This document shows positions 40,705-55,700 of a stretch of 64,000 bases of DNA, piece by piece. Numbering within the stretch: the stretch's first letter is position 1; the number at the start of each line of letters is the position of its first letter. The stretch is from an uncultured virus (IMG/VR IMGVR_UViG_2049941000_000050) (lineage: Duplodnaviria; Heunggongvirae; Uroviricota; Caudoviricetes). The stretch lies in IMG/VR virus record IMGVR_UViG_2049941000_000050; one strand, given 5' to 3'. The position numbers were made by a program, and so were the translations under genes. Below the pieces are notes generated by a model. It ran no database searches. It worked only from the letters and a program-made list of their open reading frames with translations, and was not told the DNA's origin.

Positions 40705-43700
40705 TCAGTCTACCGGGTTTTTCTTCAGCTTTTTCGCGCTCCGGCGGGAAATTTCCCGCTTCGCGGCGTACCCGTACGAGTATGTGTTCGCGTAGGAAGC
40801 CAGTTCCTCGTTCGAGAGTCGGCGGACGGTTCTCGAAACGTTCGTGTCGTAGCTCTTGGCGAACTTTACCGGGCGGATTACCTTCGTTTTCGCTTTCTTC
40901 ATGGCATGCTACCTTTCTTGGTTCGTTTTCCTGTTTTTCCCTTAAAACGCCGACAATCTTATCAAAACCCGCCGGGTTTGTCAACAAAAAACGGCGTCTT
41001 TTTCGGTTTTTTTTTCAGAAAACGACCCTTTTCGTCCTGTTCTTTTTGCTTCTCGTTATTTCCTGCAAATGCCATTTCCCGCTCTCAAGGGAGAGCAGTC
41101 CCCCCTTTTTTCTCCCGAAAAGCTCTTCGGGAAACGGGTGGGCGGCGGTTTTTTCCCTCTCGAGGAACTCCCGGGGGGTGACAGTCCCCCCGGAAAGCTT
41201 TCCCGAAAGCCACCTTTTCGCGTCGCAGACCGTGAAAAGGCGTTCCTTGAACATCGGGAGGTCGGTTTCCGCGCCGAGCATTCCCGTGCCGAAAATTTCG
41301 GCTGGCTGGAACTCCGACAGTCCCCCGATTATTTTTTCCCACTCTTCCGGGGTTTCCGTTCTCGCCAGTATCCCACGGAACAGCGTTTTTTTGTTGGCGG
41401 TCGTCCTCAGGTAGAGAATCAGGCAGACCCTCTTTCCGTCGGAAACCATAGCCGACTTTACGAGCGAGGTCTCACCGCTTGGGCGGACGGGTCTTCCCCT
41501 TCCCATCAGACCCTCCGTTTTTTACGAGACCCCCTTTTGGGGAAAGTTCCGAGAAACGGCGGTTCAGCTCCTCGATTTCCTTCCGGAGGGTGTCGATGGT
41601 GTCGAGGAGTTTTTCGCGGTCGGAGTTCCGCTTCTCTGCGCGTTTTTTGGCGATTTCCCGCTCGGCGACAACCGTACCGTCGACAACGTCCTGGACCCTC
41701 GCCTTCCGGACGGCGGACCTGATGAAATTGATGAAGCCCTTCGGCTTCACCGTCCCCATGCCGTCCAGCTTGCAGACGAGCCTTTTCGCGATTGCGTACA
41801 CCAGCCCGATTTCCTTCGCGGACTCGGACGCGGTCAGCATTTTCCTCTTCGAGCCGTCCGAGAGGACGACCTCCTTCTCGACGAGCGAGATTTCGTCGCC
41901 CATGTCCGGGTCGTTTTTAACGACGGAGGTGGTCCCGTCGACGAAAGTCACCACCGTGTGCAACACGCCCTTCCCGTTTTCCTTCACGGAGGTGTGGTAT
42001 CTAACGGAAGAGATTTTCGGCGCGAAGGTGTTCGTCGCGACCAGAGAGTCGATTACGCTCTGGCGGGCTTCCTCTTTGCACATCAGCTTTCCGTGGCAGT
42101 CCCTGCTAAACAGATTTTCCATAGTTTTTTATTCCTTCCTTATTACAGTCCCTCAATTGAGAACAGACAATTGAGAACAGACCCTCAAGTTTCCGGCAGA
42201 CCCTCGAATTTTTACTAGACCCCCCGGAAAACTTTCCTTTCCGGTCACTCGTCCCCCAAATCGTCCTCTTCGTAAAGTTCTTCGTCGTCCCCGAAGCCGT
42301 CCCCATACGTGTCGAACGCCTCGTCCAGCATCTCAATCGCGTCGTTGATTTTCTCGGTTATTCTCTCCCGCTCGTCTTCCGGAATCTGTTCGAGACCGGA
42401 AATCTCGTTCGCGGCGGCGGACAGCGTTTCGTTCAGTTCTTCAATCGTCATTCCCATTGTGTTGTTCCTTTCTTTCGTTTTTTGAAATCCGAGCCATATT
42501 ATACGGGTCAATCCCGGTTCGCGGCGATTTTTTCCAAAAAAAGCAGTGCCGACGAAATTCCGGCGGCGAGATAGCAAATCAGCATAAACCAAATCGGCCA
42601 AGCGCACGGAAGGGTCATAAGAACCCAAGAGAACTTGCTCCAATGGCACATCGGTTCGGCGTTCGGTTGGAACGCACGGCAAGCAACGATGACCGCCGAA
42701 AGAATGAACCCGCCCGCTTGTCTCGGCAACTGTAATTTCATGGCATTTTCTCCAAATTAAACAAAACCCGCTAATCGTTTTAAGCAACCGTTTAACTCAC
42801 AACGGCGGGAAATGTACCACATAGCGGAAGGTGTTGTCAAGATGGAAATTGCGAAAATTTTGATTTTTTTAATTTGTCAAGAATATTTTTAAACTGAATC
42901 GACTTTATATATAAGGAATGCTAATGAAAAAATTTCAAGAAAATCGCTTTTTAAAATTGACAAAATCCGTTCTTTTTGATATAATTCGCGGTCAATCTTT
43001 GGGACGGGTCCGCGAATTATAACAAATCCGTTTCAAATTGTCAATATGTTTTTTAANNNNNNNNNNATTCGGAACAGGTCCGCGAATTATAACAAATCCG
43101 TTTCAAATTGTCAATATGTTTTTTAAAAAATTTCGCGTTTTTTTTTGTATTTGATAATATTATACGGGATTCTTCCGGATTTTCTCCGAAAAAGTTCGAG
43201 GTAAATAATCCAGTAAAGAAGGATTTCACCAATGGTAATCAAATTAGAAGGTCGAAAAGGTTTCATTTTCCAAACACTTCTCCAAGGACTGAAGGAAGCC
43301 CACAAAGCCGGAACCGGCGGATACAAGGTGGAAGTTCAGAAGAAGGACGAGGTTGACTCGAAATTCCTCAACGCGGTCAAGAAAGAGTATTCCGCGAAAT
43401 TCATCGATGACGCGGACTATCTCATAAAGGTCGCAATCCCGAAGGAAGAACCCGCTCCGGAAGAACCTACTCCGGAAGAACCCGTTACCGAATCGAAAAA
43501 CAGTGAGAACGGGGAAGAGGGAAGTCGCGGAGACTCCCCGAACGGGGAAACCGAAGAGACTTCCAAACTGAAGGAAACCATCATCGAGACGGTTCAGCGC
43601 AGGCTGTTCATCCCCGAAACCGACAAGGTCGAGTTCTTCGACCTGAACGATTTCAAGAAGGAAGGTTACGCGGTCGGTTTCTTCAAGGTGTCTTTGGGCA

Positions 43701-46700
43701 AATAATTCTCTCTCGAAAACAAACCCAGAATTAAATTAATATATAAAAAAATTAGCCGACGGAAATCAACCCGTCGGNNNNNNNNNNAGTTCGAGTAAAT
43801 AATCCAGTAAAGAAGGATTTCACCAATGATAATCAAATTAGAAGGTCGAAAAGGTTTCATTTTCCAAACCCTTCTCCAAGGACTGAAGGAAGCCCACAAA
43901 GCCGGAACCGGCGGATACAANNNNNNNNNNACACGATGTGCAGTCTGCTCCTTCTCAACCCGTATTCGACGGTTTCCTCGTATCCGNNNNNNNNNNTCTT
44001 TTAATTTTTTAAATATAATTTCAGATTATTTCATTTTGTTATTTCGACCGGACTCTTCGAACTTGTTTGAATCCGTGGATGTAGGATAATATTCCCGATA
44101 ATCCGGGACAGCCTGACACGGGAAAAGAATTTTCCCGAACCGTTCCTTTTGGGAGTCAGACCCCTCTTTGTTGCCTTTTTCCCAGTTTGTTCCGTTCTTT
44201 CCCATATCACAGTCCCCGTCTATTCGTCTTCCGGTTTGTGGTTTCCGATTTGGTCAATAGCCACCCTCTCGACAAGATGGCCTTTCGCGGTATGGTTATA
44301 ATGACAAAGCGGGTTTAGACAAACCTCAAGTAGGTTGCGCGAACAGCCGAGAAAATTCTGGACATTTTTCAATCTCTTGAAATAGAGGGATTTCCCGCTT
44401 TTGACATTGATAATTTTGTAACAGAGATTTTGCTGGTTCTTTTGCATTCCAGACCCCTTTCCTTATTCCGCGAACGCGGAATTGTAATCCTTAACCGTGA
44501 GTTCAAGCTCTTCCAGTGGAATCTCGAGGTAGGATTCCCCGTCATAGACAACCGCGGTCTTCGACTTGTTTTTCGACAGACCGAGGTAGACCACCCTCTT
44601 TTTCGTGGCTTTCACAACCATCGTCATCATCATTCCAGACCCTCCAGTAACCTGTCTATCGACATTGCGAATGGCGTACCGGGAGTGCTGGCGAACACAT
44701 ACCCCCGCCCTTTGGCGGAAAGGAGTGCTTCCTTTTCCGTATCGAACTCCTCGTTCCAAAGACTCCTCCAATAGGAATCTTCCCATGTCCACTTTCCCGT
44801 CCGCAACGATTCGTGCAGAATTGCCGTTCTTCCCCCGTTCATTCCAAACCCCCGTTTCCGTTTCCGGCTATGTCGCCCTTTGCCATTTTTACTAGACCCC
44901 CATCGGGTCGGGGTTTTCTTGGTTTCCCCGACCCGTTCTTGTTAACAACCGCTACCGCCTGTCATATTCCACACAGTACCCGTGGCGGCTGACGTGGCCG
45001 TCCACGAACACCACGTACCGCCAAGACCCGTTTTCCTTCGCCCAACGGATACCTTCGGAAATACTGTCGAATTCCGTGGGTTCGGACTCGAAACCGAACC
45101 TTGTGTACAACTGCACCTCGCATTTCTTCTGTTTTGGCATTTAGTCACCTACTTTCATCAGATACACGCGGTGGCAAAACTGCGTGGACTTACCGGACGG
45201 CTGAAGGTAGTACAAGAGGCCGCGGCGGCAACCGCCGCCCGCGTACACGCGGATATCCTCGTCGTTTTGCGGCTTTCTTGTGACATAACCCCTTTGCCAA
45301 GAGGTGAACGCATACTTCCAACCCTGTTCCTTCGCTTCTTTAAGTGTCATTTCCATTTCCATACCTCTCTCCTTTCGTTTCTGACGGGCGGACAAAAGCC
45401 CGCCCGTTTTGCGTTTTCCGCTACTCCTTGAAATCGTCAGCCTTGAGATAGCCCCCGACATTCGGATACACTTTAATACTGACGAACTCCCTTTCGTATC
45501 CCCACTCGATTACCTCCCCGTTATCCTTAACGAAGGTGTTTTGCGGGTTGATTACGCCAAGAATAGTATCATAGACTCCGGCAACGAGCTCTTCGGGAAA
45601 TCTCCCATCGTCATACGTTCCGTAGCTCACGCGCTCGACACATTCCTTCGGCTTGTAGAAATAGATGTGAACGTCTATTCCGACTTCCGGCGCGGTCTCG
45701 CCCCGCTCGAACTCAAACTGGACGGTATTCCCGATGTACTGGCCGTATTTCTGAACGAGAAGGCTCTTCGCCTTTTCGTAAAGTTCAGAACGGAGGTTGT
45801 CTTCCTCGGTTCTGTTATGCAGTAAGACGGCGTTTTCCTCTTTGCCCGACCCCAAATCCCAATCGTCCTTGGGCGTGTAGGCTTGGACTTCCGCCAAAAC
45901 CGCACCGCAGACTTTGAACATAGTCTCGACCCACATCTTGGCGAACCCGTTCTCGCACTCGACAACATACCCGTTGTCGGCCTTGCGCTTACTCACGGTC
46001 TCACCCCTCTCTTCCCAAGCCTTTTGGATGCCGTCAAGGCGTTGCATGATTTGCTTGGTCGCGGTGGCTTCGTCCTCGTAATACCACATATCGGTGTCTA
46101 TGGTCGATGCGCGACCGTAGCGGCTCAACGATTTAATCGTGTATATCATTTCCCTATCCCCCCTCAGTCGATTCCCAAACTCTCTTTCAGTTCGTTCAGT
46201 TTCCGCTCGGCGAATCTGTCGATGAAATCGTAGTAATCGCAGTATTCGTTGGCATCCGGATTTCCGGCAACGGTTTCCTGATATTCCTTCTCGGCCTCGA
46301 CGGCCCACGGGATGATATCGTTAACAACGATTTCGTGTTGCCCGTATGGAAGGCCCGCCCTGTTGTAAAGCTCTTGGAGCTTTTCAAAAATCCCGATGCC
46401 GATGAAAACCGCGTTCTCAACTTCCGTCTCTTGGTAGCTCATTTGCCGTCCCCTTTCTTGTTCGTCTCGCTGACCTTCAGCTCCCTCGCCTTTTCCCAAA
46501 GCTTGAGGGATTTCCGCGTTACGCGGATATCGGCTTTTAGCGACTCGACCTTCTGACTGTCTGCCGCAATCTGCCGCTTCCGCTGTGTGATGACCTTGTC
46601 AATCTCCTTGAGTGACATTCCCTCGCCCAAACAACGGGCTTGGGAGTTTTCGCTCTTCTTCTTGTCCGACATAACCGTACCCTTCCGTTTTTACGAGACC

Positions 46701-49700
46701 CCCCCATCGGGGGGAAACACTATCCCTCCCGAAAACGATGCAAACTTTAACACAACCCGTAGAACTTTGTCAAGCCGATTCGTAGAATTTTTTTAACTGA
46801 TTCCGCAAATCAGCCAAGTCCCGTCCAACCCTTTCCCGAAAACCGCGACACTCGTGTTCAGCTCCATCGCGATTTCCCCCATCTCCAACCGATGGGCTTC
46901 GCGCTCGTAGCGCAGTATGACAAACCGCTTGTCATCGTGGATGTCCACGCCGACAAGCTTCGACTCGATGTTGTGTGTCCGCCGATACTGCTCGCCGAAA
47001 CCGTATGCGGTCATGACCACCGAAACATTGTTAGCCGTCTCGATAACTAATCTCATTCCGTCACTCCTCTCTCGTTGGCAAGGTGACCCCCGATAAAGCG
47101 GAAGAGAAACCCCATCTCTTCCAAAAACACCGCGTATTCTACATCACCCGTAGAATTTTGTCAACAAGAAATCCGTTATTTTTTAAAATTATTTTTGTCG
47201 AAGCCGTATAATATTGCGCGGGCTTTTGGTCTGCAAAAATGTTGATAACCTGTAGATAACTTTTTTTCTCTTTTTTATTGACAAACCGGTGTTCGGTTTG
47301 GTATAATTCGCCGGATTTCTTTTCCACGAGGAGGCGGATTTTCGCGAATTATATCATTTCTTTTTCTTTTTGTCAAGAAAAAAATAAAAAATTGTTTGAA
47401 GAAAAAACCCGTGACGGGAAATTTGATTAGCCCCGTCCACGGGTTTTCGTTATCATGACAACTAGCGAACAAAAGAAACAATTTTAAATTATTTCATTCC
47501 GCTTTTGCGCGGCTCTTTTTCGGAGAAAAAGCCTTCCCGACCTTTTTCTTCCACACAGAATCGTTCCGGAGTGTTCCGGTCTTCCCCCATTCCTTAAACC
47601 CGCCCTCGATTATTACCTTTTCGTCTTCGTCCAACACATAGAAGCCCTCATCGTCCAATTTAATTTCAATGTCTTTCCGCTCTTTCAGAACCACAGACCC
47701 GTCATTATCGACAAGGTAATGCTCCTCGAAAAAGTTCTGTTCGGCTTCCCGACCCCAAATCTCCGCCTTGAGGTTAAGGTCTCGGCAAAGGGACTGCACG
47801 GAAACCAGTCCCTCGTCTTTGAATTCCTTTTCCATCTCCGTGTCGAGAATCATGCCGCAACCCCAATCGACATTGAGAAAGACGGAGTATGTCCCGTCAA
47901 CGATGCCGCCTTGGTTCAGAAACTCCGCACGGCACAGATGGTGCTTGTAATCTGTCCCCTTCGCTATGCTTCTGAATTTCTTCAGAGACTCGTCTTCGCC
48001 CCTGACGCACAACTTAACGAAACAGCAGTTTGCCATAATTTCCGACCCCTTTCGAATTATCAGACCCCTTTGGCTTCCTTGAGAAGGGATTCGACCTCTT
48101 CCCGTTTAGCCACGATTTTGGACATAAGCTCCCCGTGGGGGCTTTCCGTTCCCGCGTTCCATTCGACACGGGCGTTCTCGTCAAGGAAGAACCATTCCTC
48201 GTCACGGAGTCTTTCGTACTCCGTGACCGAGGAAACCAACTTGGCGAGAATTTCTCTCGCCCTATTGACCATCTTTAAACTCGCCTTTCGTCTCCACCTC
48301 GAAATCGCCCGTCCACGAACAGTATGACGGTTTGATTTCCCCGTTGGCTACCATGTTCTCGACTATTTCCCTAGCCTGCTCCGGAGAGGAAGCTTTGACC
48401 TTGCGCGTTGTCCCCATGTCGAAATGAATATCGACAACGAAGGTTTTTCGCGTGTCGGTCTCCGTGACCTCTTCTATCTTGAAGGACTTGGCCTTGCCCT
48501 TACTAAACCCGTTCGCGTTGTCGGGTTGGCGGTGGATAACCATGCCGCTGTTGTCAGTGATGAACACTGTCGAATCGTCCGTCCGGTTGTCGTAGTAATA
48601 TAACATAATTTCCTGCACCATCCTATCGTGGACGAAAAGGAACTGGTCTTCATCGACCAAGGTATAGTTTCTTTCGCCCCCGTCCGGAGTCATTTCCGTG
48701 CATTTCAAACTGTACTTCTGAACCTTGACACCCATTCTCTTGTCCCCTTTCTTTCGTTAGCAGTGCATCTCTGTCTCTACCTCTTTGCTTGACCAATCTG
48801 AAGTACCCACGAACTCCTTTGAGTAATCTTCAGATTCGTAAGCCATTTCCATAGCCTTGTCTTCCGACTCCGCTTCGACTATCACCTCGCAATCGTAGCT
48901 TTCCGTCCAACGGACGATGTAAGCCCGCTTGTTCTTGTTCCCGACCTTTTCGTTTTTCACCATAGCTCATTTCCCTTTCTTTCGTTAGCAGTCCGTGTCT
49001 GTGAAGAAGATTCCACATTCTAGGTTGGTCAGAGCATTGACCGCTCTGTTCCGTTCCGCCCCGTCCGTTCTAGAAATCCACTTCATCAAGTAGTTCTTGA
49101 AGGCGGTTTTCGTGGAAAACCATTGGGTTGTACCGTATGCCTTGATTCCAAACTCGCCTGGCTTTTCTTCCCCTTGGTTCGCCTTGGCATCGTTTTCCAT
49201 GTCAGACCCGTTAGCACCTTCGACCGTGTCGAGGGTGACAATCTCGGAGTCTATATACTCCAAATCACCTAGTTCCGAATCTTGAAGGCGGGATTCCGCC
49301 ATCTCTTCCGCTTCCTCTTCCGAGTTTGCGCGAACAATGTAAGTCAGCCGACCCTCAACCTTGTAAACAACCTCAAACAACATAACCTTACCCCTTTCGT
49401 TGCGGGCGGGGGAGACCAGTTCCCCCCACGCCCAAATTCGTTCACTTCCGATTTTCAGAAACCAATCTCAAAAATCGGGTTTACTTTCTCATACCCCGAG
49501 AATTTCTCCTTGTTTCCCGTGATTTCGAGTTCATCCCAAGCCCACGCTCCGGCGAGGTCTTCGTTAACCCCGCGATAGTCTCCACCACCTCTGCCGTTGC
49601 CGACCGCAGTCAAAATGGCGAACGGGCAAACAATCCACGGGGACTGCTCATTCAGCGCATCAAAGTAATCGTCAAACGAGATGTACTGCCCTTTCGTGTG

Positions 49701-52700
49701 GTTCAGGAGATACTTCCCCGCATAGAACCCACTTTCCGTTTTGGGCGGTGGGAATGTGTGGTCATGCTCCGTATCCCAAACGGATTCGTAGCCGAACTCC
49801 CCGTTGGAGATTCTTTTCAGCTCGTCTTCCTCGGCGTAATCCCCGACCCACGCGAGATGTGCGGGGTTGTCCAACATTTCCCTCGCCACCGCTACACACA
49901 GATGCGTGTAAACATACCCATGCTCCAACAGTTTGGCTAAGATGTATTCCACGCCTTTCACCTTACGGTCATTGACCGTGACCTTCGTGTCGCAGTTGTG
50001 TCTGAAAGCGACTTTGTAATACTGACCCATAACCTTACCCCTTTCGTTTTTACGAGACCCCCTTTGGAGAAGGAAACCACATCCCACCCAAAGAACACAG
50101 ACATAATACCACATCCCCGACACTTTGTCAAGGTGTCGGGGAAGATTTTTTCAAAAAAAGTCAGACCGACCGGACGGAGACATACTCGCCGACACTGTCA
50201 TTCTTCTTGAAGAACTGTTCCCCTTGGTTCGCCTTGGCGTGGAACGATTTCGCCAACTGCCGGACTGTGTCCCCAAAAGAGGAAAGAAGAAGCTTACTCT
50301 TCTCTCGCGTGAGGTTGGCGCGGTTGTACCACACATTCCACGAAGCGGAATTGTAATTCCCTTCTATCGCGATGGGGAAATTCTTGCACCTGTCCAAGGT
50401 GTCCCCCGAACAGATGCGGTATTCCCGCAATTCGGTCTTACTGGTGTGTATGTCCACGCCGTTGACAATGACCCCGCCGGAAGCGCATTCAATCTCATAA
50501 TATCCGTCATTATAGCGGACGCAGTGGCAACGACCCGGGACTAGCGAGAATCTAATGTCGAAGAATTCGCCAAAGTGCTCAACTTCCAAACTGCCCGCAC
50601 GAATCGTCCCGTTACCACCGACGATGCCACTGAAATGCCAAATTTTAAGGCAGTCTAAATTGAAAAACAGTTCGATGTTCTCGACAACTTGTTCCACGAT
50701 GTAATCGTGGATTTCGCAGTACTCCTCATAGGCTTTCTTACAGTACTCCGCGATTTTCGCATCGTGGTATTCGCGGTTCATGTCTTCCGAAACCTTCTTC
50801 ATAGAAGATGCTTCCTTAAGAAGGTTCTCGATGTTCGTTTTGTCAGCGGTTGTCATCATAACCTTACCTTTCTGGGCGTTGGAAGAGAAACCCTATCCCT
50901 CCCGAAAACGAGACATAATTTAACACAACCCGTAGAACTTTGTCAACGAGAAATCCGTTTATTTTTTCTCGGCGGTTTCTCAACCACCGGAAGCGAGAAG
51001 CCGACTTTGCCCGAAAGCAACCCGTCTTTGTACCTAAAGTCCAATTTGCCGACTATCCAATCTTCGTGCTTGTTAAGCACATTGTCGATACAGTCTTGGA
51101 TTTCGACGCAGTCTTGGCATTCGATACTCATCTCGGCGTTTCCGCCGTCAATCCGAACATGAAAACCGCTGATTTTCTCCGTTCTCATAGCGCATACTCC
51201 CTCTGTTAGAACCAATCGACATAAGCGGTGTCTCCGGTGTTCGCTTCGAGACACTGCTTGATAAGTTCTTTCACGGATTCCCGAATCTCTTCCGGAAGGG
51301 ATTCGTAAGAGTCTTCCGTGATGTTCTCTTCCAAGAGTCCTTTGTCGATTTCCCACCTTTCCTCGTTCGTTTCACCGGAAGTGTAATCGAGAAAATCGAC
51401 TCCCTGTTCAATCAGCCAATCCTCAATGATTAGGCTTTGGCAGTTCAGAGTTTTGTTTTTATTGTTGTTATGCTCAACAATGTGTTTCGACTGCACATAA
51501 GGTCTGTAATCCATAACCATACTCCCAACTGTTCTTTCCACGGGAAGAAACCCTATCCCCCGCAAGAACAAGACATAATTTATCACAACGGGTTCGTTTT
51601 GTCAACGAGATTCTTGAATATTTTTTAAAATTANNNNNNNNNNTGTTTATCGTCGTGTCGGAGTGGAGCAAATCGCCCATTTTCTGAACGAACCGCTTCG
51701 CCCCATCAACCCGCCTGATTTTGTCGAAATCGTCGACCGGGTCCAGCGAGGCGGTTTTCCCGTTCGAAAGCTCAAGACTTATCTTTTTCCCGGACATCTT
51801 GTTCTTTTTCAGCTTATCCACGTATCCGGAATAACTCTTCAGCATGTCGAGAATGTTGGCGAGGTTCCTGATGAAAATATTCTTCAATTCTCCGTCGCCC
51901 GTACCNNNNNNNNNNNNNNNNNNNNNNNNNNNNNNNNNNNNNNNNNNNNNNNNNNNNNNNNNNNNNNNNNNNNNNNNNNNNNNNNNNNNNNNNNNNNNNN
52001 NNNNNNNNNNNNNNNNNNNNNNNNNNNNNNNNNNNNNNNNNNNNNNNNNNNNNNNNNNNNNNNNNNNNNNNNNNNNNNNNNNNNNNNNNNNNNNNNNNNN
52101 NNNNNNNNNNNNNNNNNNNNNNNNNNNNNNNNNNNNNNNNNNNNNNNNNNNNNNNNNNNNNNNNNNNNNNNNNNNNTTACCTTAAGCAAGCCGTTGAATC
52201 TCGCCCCCAACTGACTCCGTTCAAACTCAATCCCCACATAATCCCCCCTACGGCGGAGGGAACTCACGGCGTTAACCCACTCCGTGAACTTTGTCGGGTC
52301 GATTAACGCCACCGCAAAGCGGACATCGTCAATCGTGCCGACCTTCGGCTCGGTCATGTTGGCGTTGATGAAGTTGTCCCCCAAGTTGTAGTTGAAGGAA
52401 TATTCCATCGTGTACCGCTTCACCCTCGGTCTTCTCGTTACCATAGGTCACTCTCCCTTTCCGCAACAATCGGTAATTTTCCCCTTAAGGGGCATTCCCG
52501 TCTTAATGCAAACCCTACTCGACACACCCACCAAATGGTGGGTGCAGTTCCAACACTCGCCGTACAGTTTTTGCCGCACAGACTTGTCTTTTCGATAGGC
52601 TTTCTCTTCTTCTTCCGGAACTGGGACAAACTTGCTCATAACTCACTCCCCCCATCTACTAGCACTGCAACAGTGTGTTATCCTTCTTGACGAAGCGGAC

Positions 52701-55700
52701 GCATTCACGAAGAAGACAGAATTTTTCGTCCTCTTCCATCATGAGGTTTTGGTATTCCTCGCTATGCTCATAGTCCAAGCTACTGTCGTCGGAATAACCG
52801 TGGTCTAACTTCCACATTAAGGTCTTGCTTTGGCTTTCCTCGTAAGCCAAGTACCGGTCGGCGAACTCTTCCAAGAGTTCCTTGTCGGTCAAATTTTCCA
52901 AATCGTAGCGCATAACAACCCCTTTCATCGACAGACGGGGAAACCCTATCCCCGTCAAGAACAAGACATAATTTAACACAGTCCGCACGGATTGTCAACC
53001 AAACCCGTGCGGAAATTTTACGAGACCCCGCCGGAAGCCAAGCTACGCCGAATAATCATCGGCGTAGGAAGCCACCTTTTCGTACCACTTGAAGCGGTCG
53101 ATTTCTTTTCCGGTGGCTAAATCCACAACCTTGGTTATCTCTCGGTATCCGTCAACTTCGTTCCCAAGTTTCCGGCACTTCGACACAATGGGTTGCGACC
53201 TTGCCGCAACCCTTCACGAAACAGTTGGTATCGTTGTGCGGACACGGCCCAACCGCCCGTCCGTAATTGTCTTTCACGAATTTCATGTGCTCTTCGCACA
53301 CGAGTGCGTGAGCCTCTTCGTCCACAAGAATCTCCAATCCGTGCAAATAATCGGTTTCCATAACCATACCCCCAAACTGTTCTTTCCACGGAGAGAAACC
53401 CTATCTCCCCCAAAGAACAAGACATAATTTATCATAACGGGTTCGTTTTGTCAACGAGTTTTTTAATATTTTTTAAAATTATTTTCCAACTTCGTGGGAA
53501 AATAATTTTAACTTATTTCTTTAGAATAAATACCAAGGTATAATATTTTTTGTCAAGAAAAAACTGTAAGAAATTATTTTTTAAAATTAATATTGACAAA
53601 CCGGATTTGTGGGTGGTATAATTTTCCACCCAAAACCAGTCCCCCATAGATGGAAATAAACGCAATTATATCAAAAATCGGACGGATTGTCAAGATTTTA
53701 ATTTGAAAATATATAAAAAAATGGGCGGTCAAAAGACCGCCCAATCGGTTGTGAATTATCCCTTGTGGGGCATTTGCCCCCATGTGATGGCACACTTCTC
53801 GCTCATCAGTACAGGACAGTTCGTGCAACCATGCCATGGCACTTGGTGGTCGGAACAAAACTTCTTGAACCTCTCCGCCTGCTCTTCCGCCGTCCCCACG
53901 TCGCAGTTCCTTGCTGGGGCGGAGAGAGCTTTTTGGATTGCCGTTTTTGCCTCGCACAAATCACGATGTCCGCACAGTATGTCACCACAGTTCGCATTTA
54001 TCGTGCTGTTCTCCCAAGCGAGACTGTCGCAAGTATGATTTGCTCGGGCATGGTTGCATATTGCCTTCTTCGCTATTTCCAGCGCATCGCGCATCTTCAT
54101 CTGATTACCTTCCATCACCATCTCCTTTCCGTTCCTTCGCCTGGGCGAGGAGCCAGTCAAGCATACGCACTATGTCTTGTGCAGAATCAAGTCCGCCATC
54201 CCAATGCGTGACAACATCCCACGAAGTCTTATACACATCACAGTTGCGGGGCGGCGTGGCGAGTGCGTCACGGGCTTTTTTGAGCACCGCCAATATGCGC
54301 TCAGTATGTATAAAACAATTGGGTAATTCGCTCGCTATGGCGAGGGTGTCCTCATCGACACCTAGGTCATACAATACCCCGATGAGTTCCTCTACCGCTT
54401 CACGCAACGCCACCACATTGCCTGTAGTCTTTCCCATCTTCAATCCCCTTTCTACGAGACCCACTAATCAATCCAAGCGAACACACCTCGCTTGCCCCAT
54501 TCTGAATCTTTATACCAGTCTTTCCCCTTTGGGGAAAACCCTCCCAATTCTAGGGTAGCGTCCAAGACTTCGCTTGCCGAAACCTGCCCTTGCCCGAATA
54601 ATTTCAGCACTCCGGCACGAAGTGCCGTGTCGAAGTCCTCTTCCTCAAAGGACATTTCCTCGCCCGTGTTGAATTCCATGTGTAGTGTAACCATGATGAC
54701 TACCCCTTTTTACGAGACCCCTTAACAAAAAGCTTTGGCGGACTGGGTCAGTATCCGCCAAAGCCCCGAAAGTCAATTTCCGTTCTATTCGTACTCACAA
54801 GCAACACACTTAATCATTTTGAGTGTTTCATCAATTTGCGTGATATTGTTGTTGAGAAGGGTAACAAGTTCTAATTCGGAGTCCACGACATATCCCTCAC
54901 GGGTCACCATAGAGATAAGTCTTTTTATTCTTGTTATCGAATCATTCATTAAATCTTTGGCTGAACAAACCGTGTTATAGACAATATCAAGCCTATCAAG
55001 TGCCTTATCATCGATTGCCAGTTCCTTTTTGCATCTTTCTAAATCCATACTAATACTCCTAACAAACAAATTCGCCTTGAAAACTTATCAAGACGGAATT
55101 CGGAAACCCAATCGTTCCCGAAAACAAGACATAATTTAGCACAACGGGTTCGTTTTGTCAACGAGATTCTTGAATATTTTTTAAAATTANNNNNNNNNNN
55201 NNNNNNNNNNNNNNNNNNNNNNNNNNNNNNNNNNNNNNNNNNNNNNNNNNNNNNNNNNNNNNNNNNNNNNNNNNNNNNNNNNNNNNNNNNNNNNNNNNNN
55301 NNNNNNNNNNNNNNNNNNNNNNNNNNNNNNNNNNNNNNNNNNNNNNNNNNNNNNNNNNNNNNNNNNNNNNNNNNNNNNNNNNNNNNNNNNNNNNNNNNNN
55401 NNNNNNNNNNNNNNNNNNNNNNNNNNNNNNNNNNNNNNNNNNNNNNNNNNNNNNNNNNNNNNNNNNNNNNNNNNNNNNNNNNNNNNNNNNNNNNNNNNNN
55501 NNNNNNNNNNNNNNNNNNNNNNNNNNNNNNNNNNNNNNNNNNNNNNNNNNNNNNNNNNNNNNNNNNNNNNNNNNNNNNNNNNNNNNNNNNNNNNNNNNNN
55601 NNNNNNNNNNNNNNNNNNNNNNNNNNNNNNNNNNNNNNNNNNNNNNNNNNNNNNNNNNNNNNNNNNNNNNNNNNNNNNNNNNNNNNCGAATTTCCCAACC

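Noticed and set aside
43788..43996. Second copy of the 43232 gene start; similar duplicates at 14523-14570 and 43067-43125
   Set aside because: Gap-bounded near-identical fragments, most likely strain variants or scaffolding artefacts.
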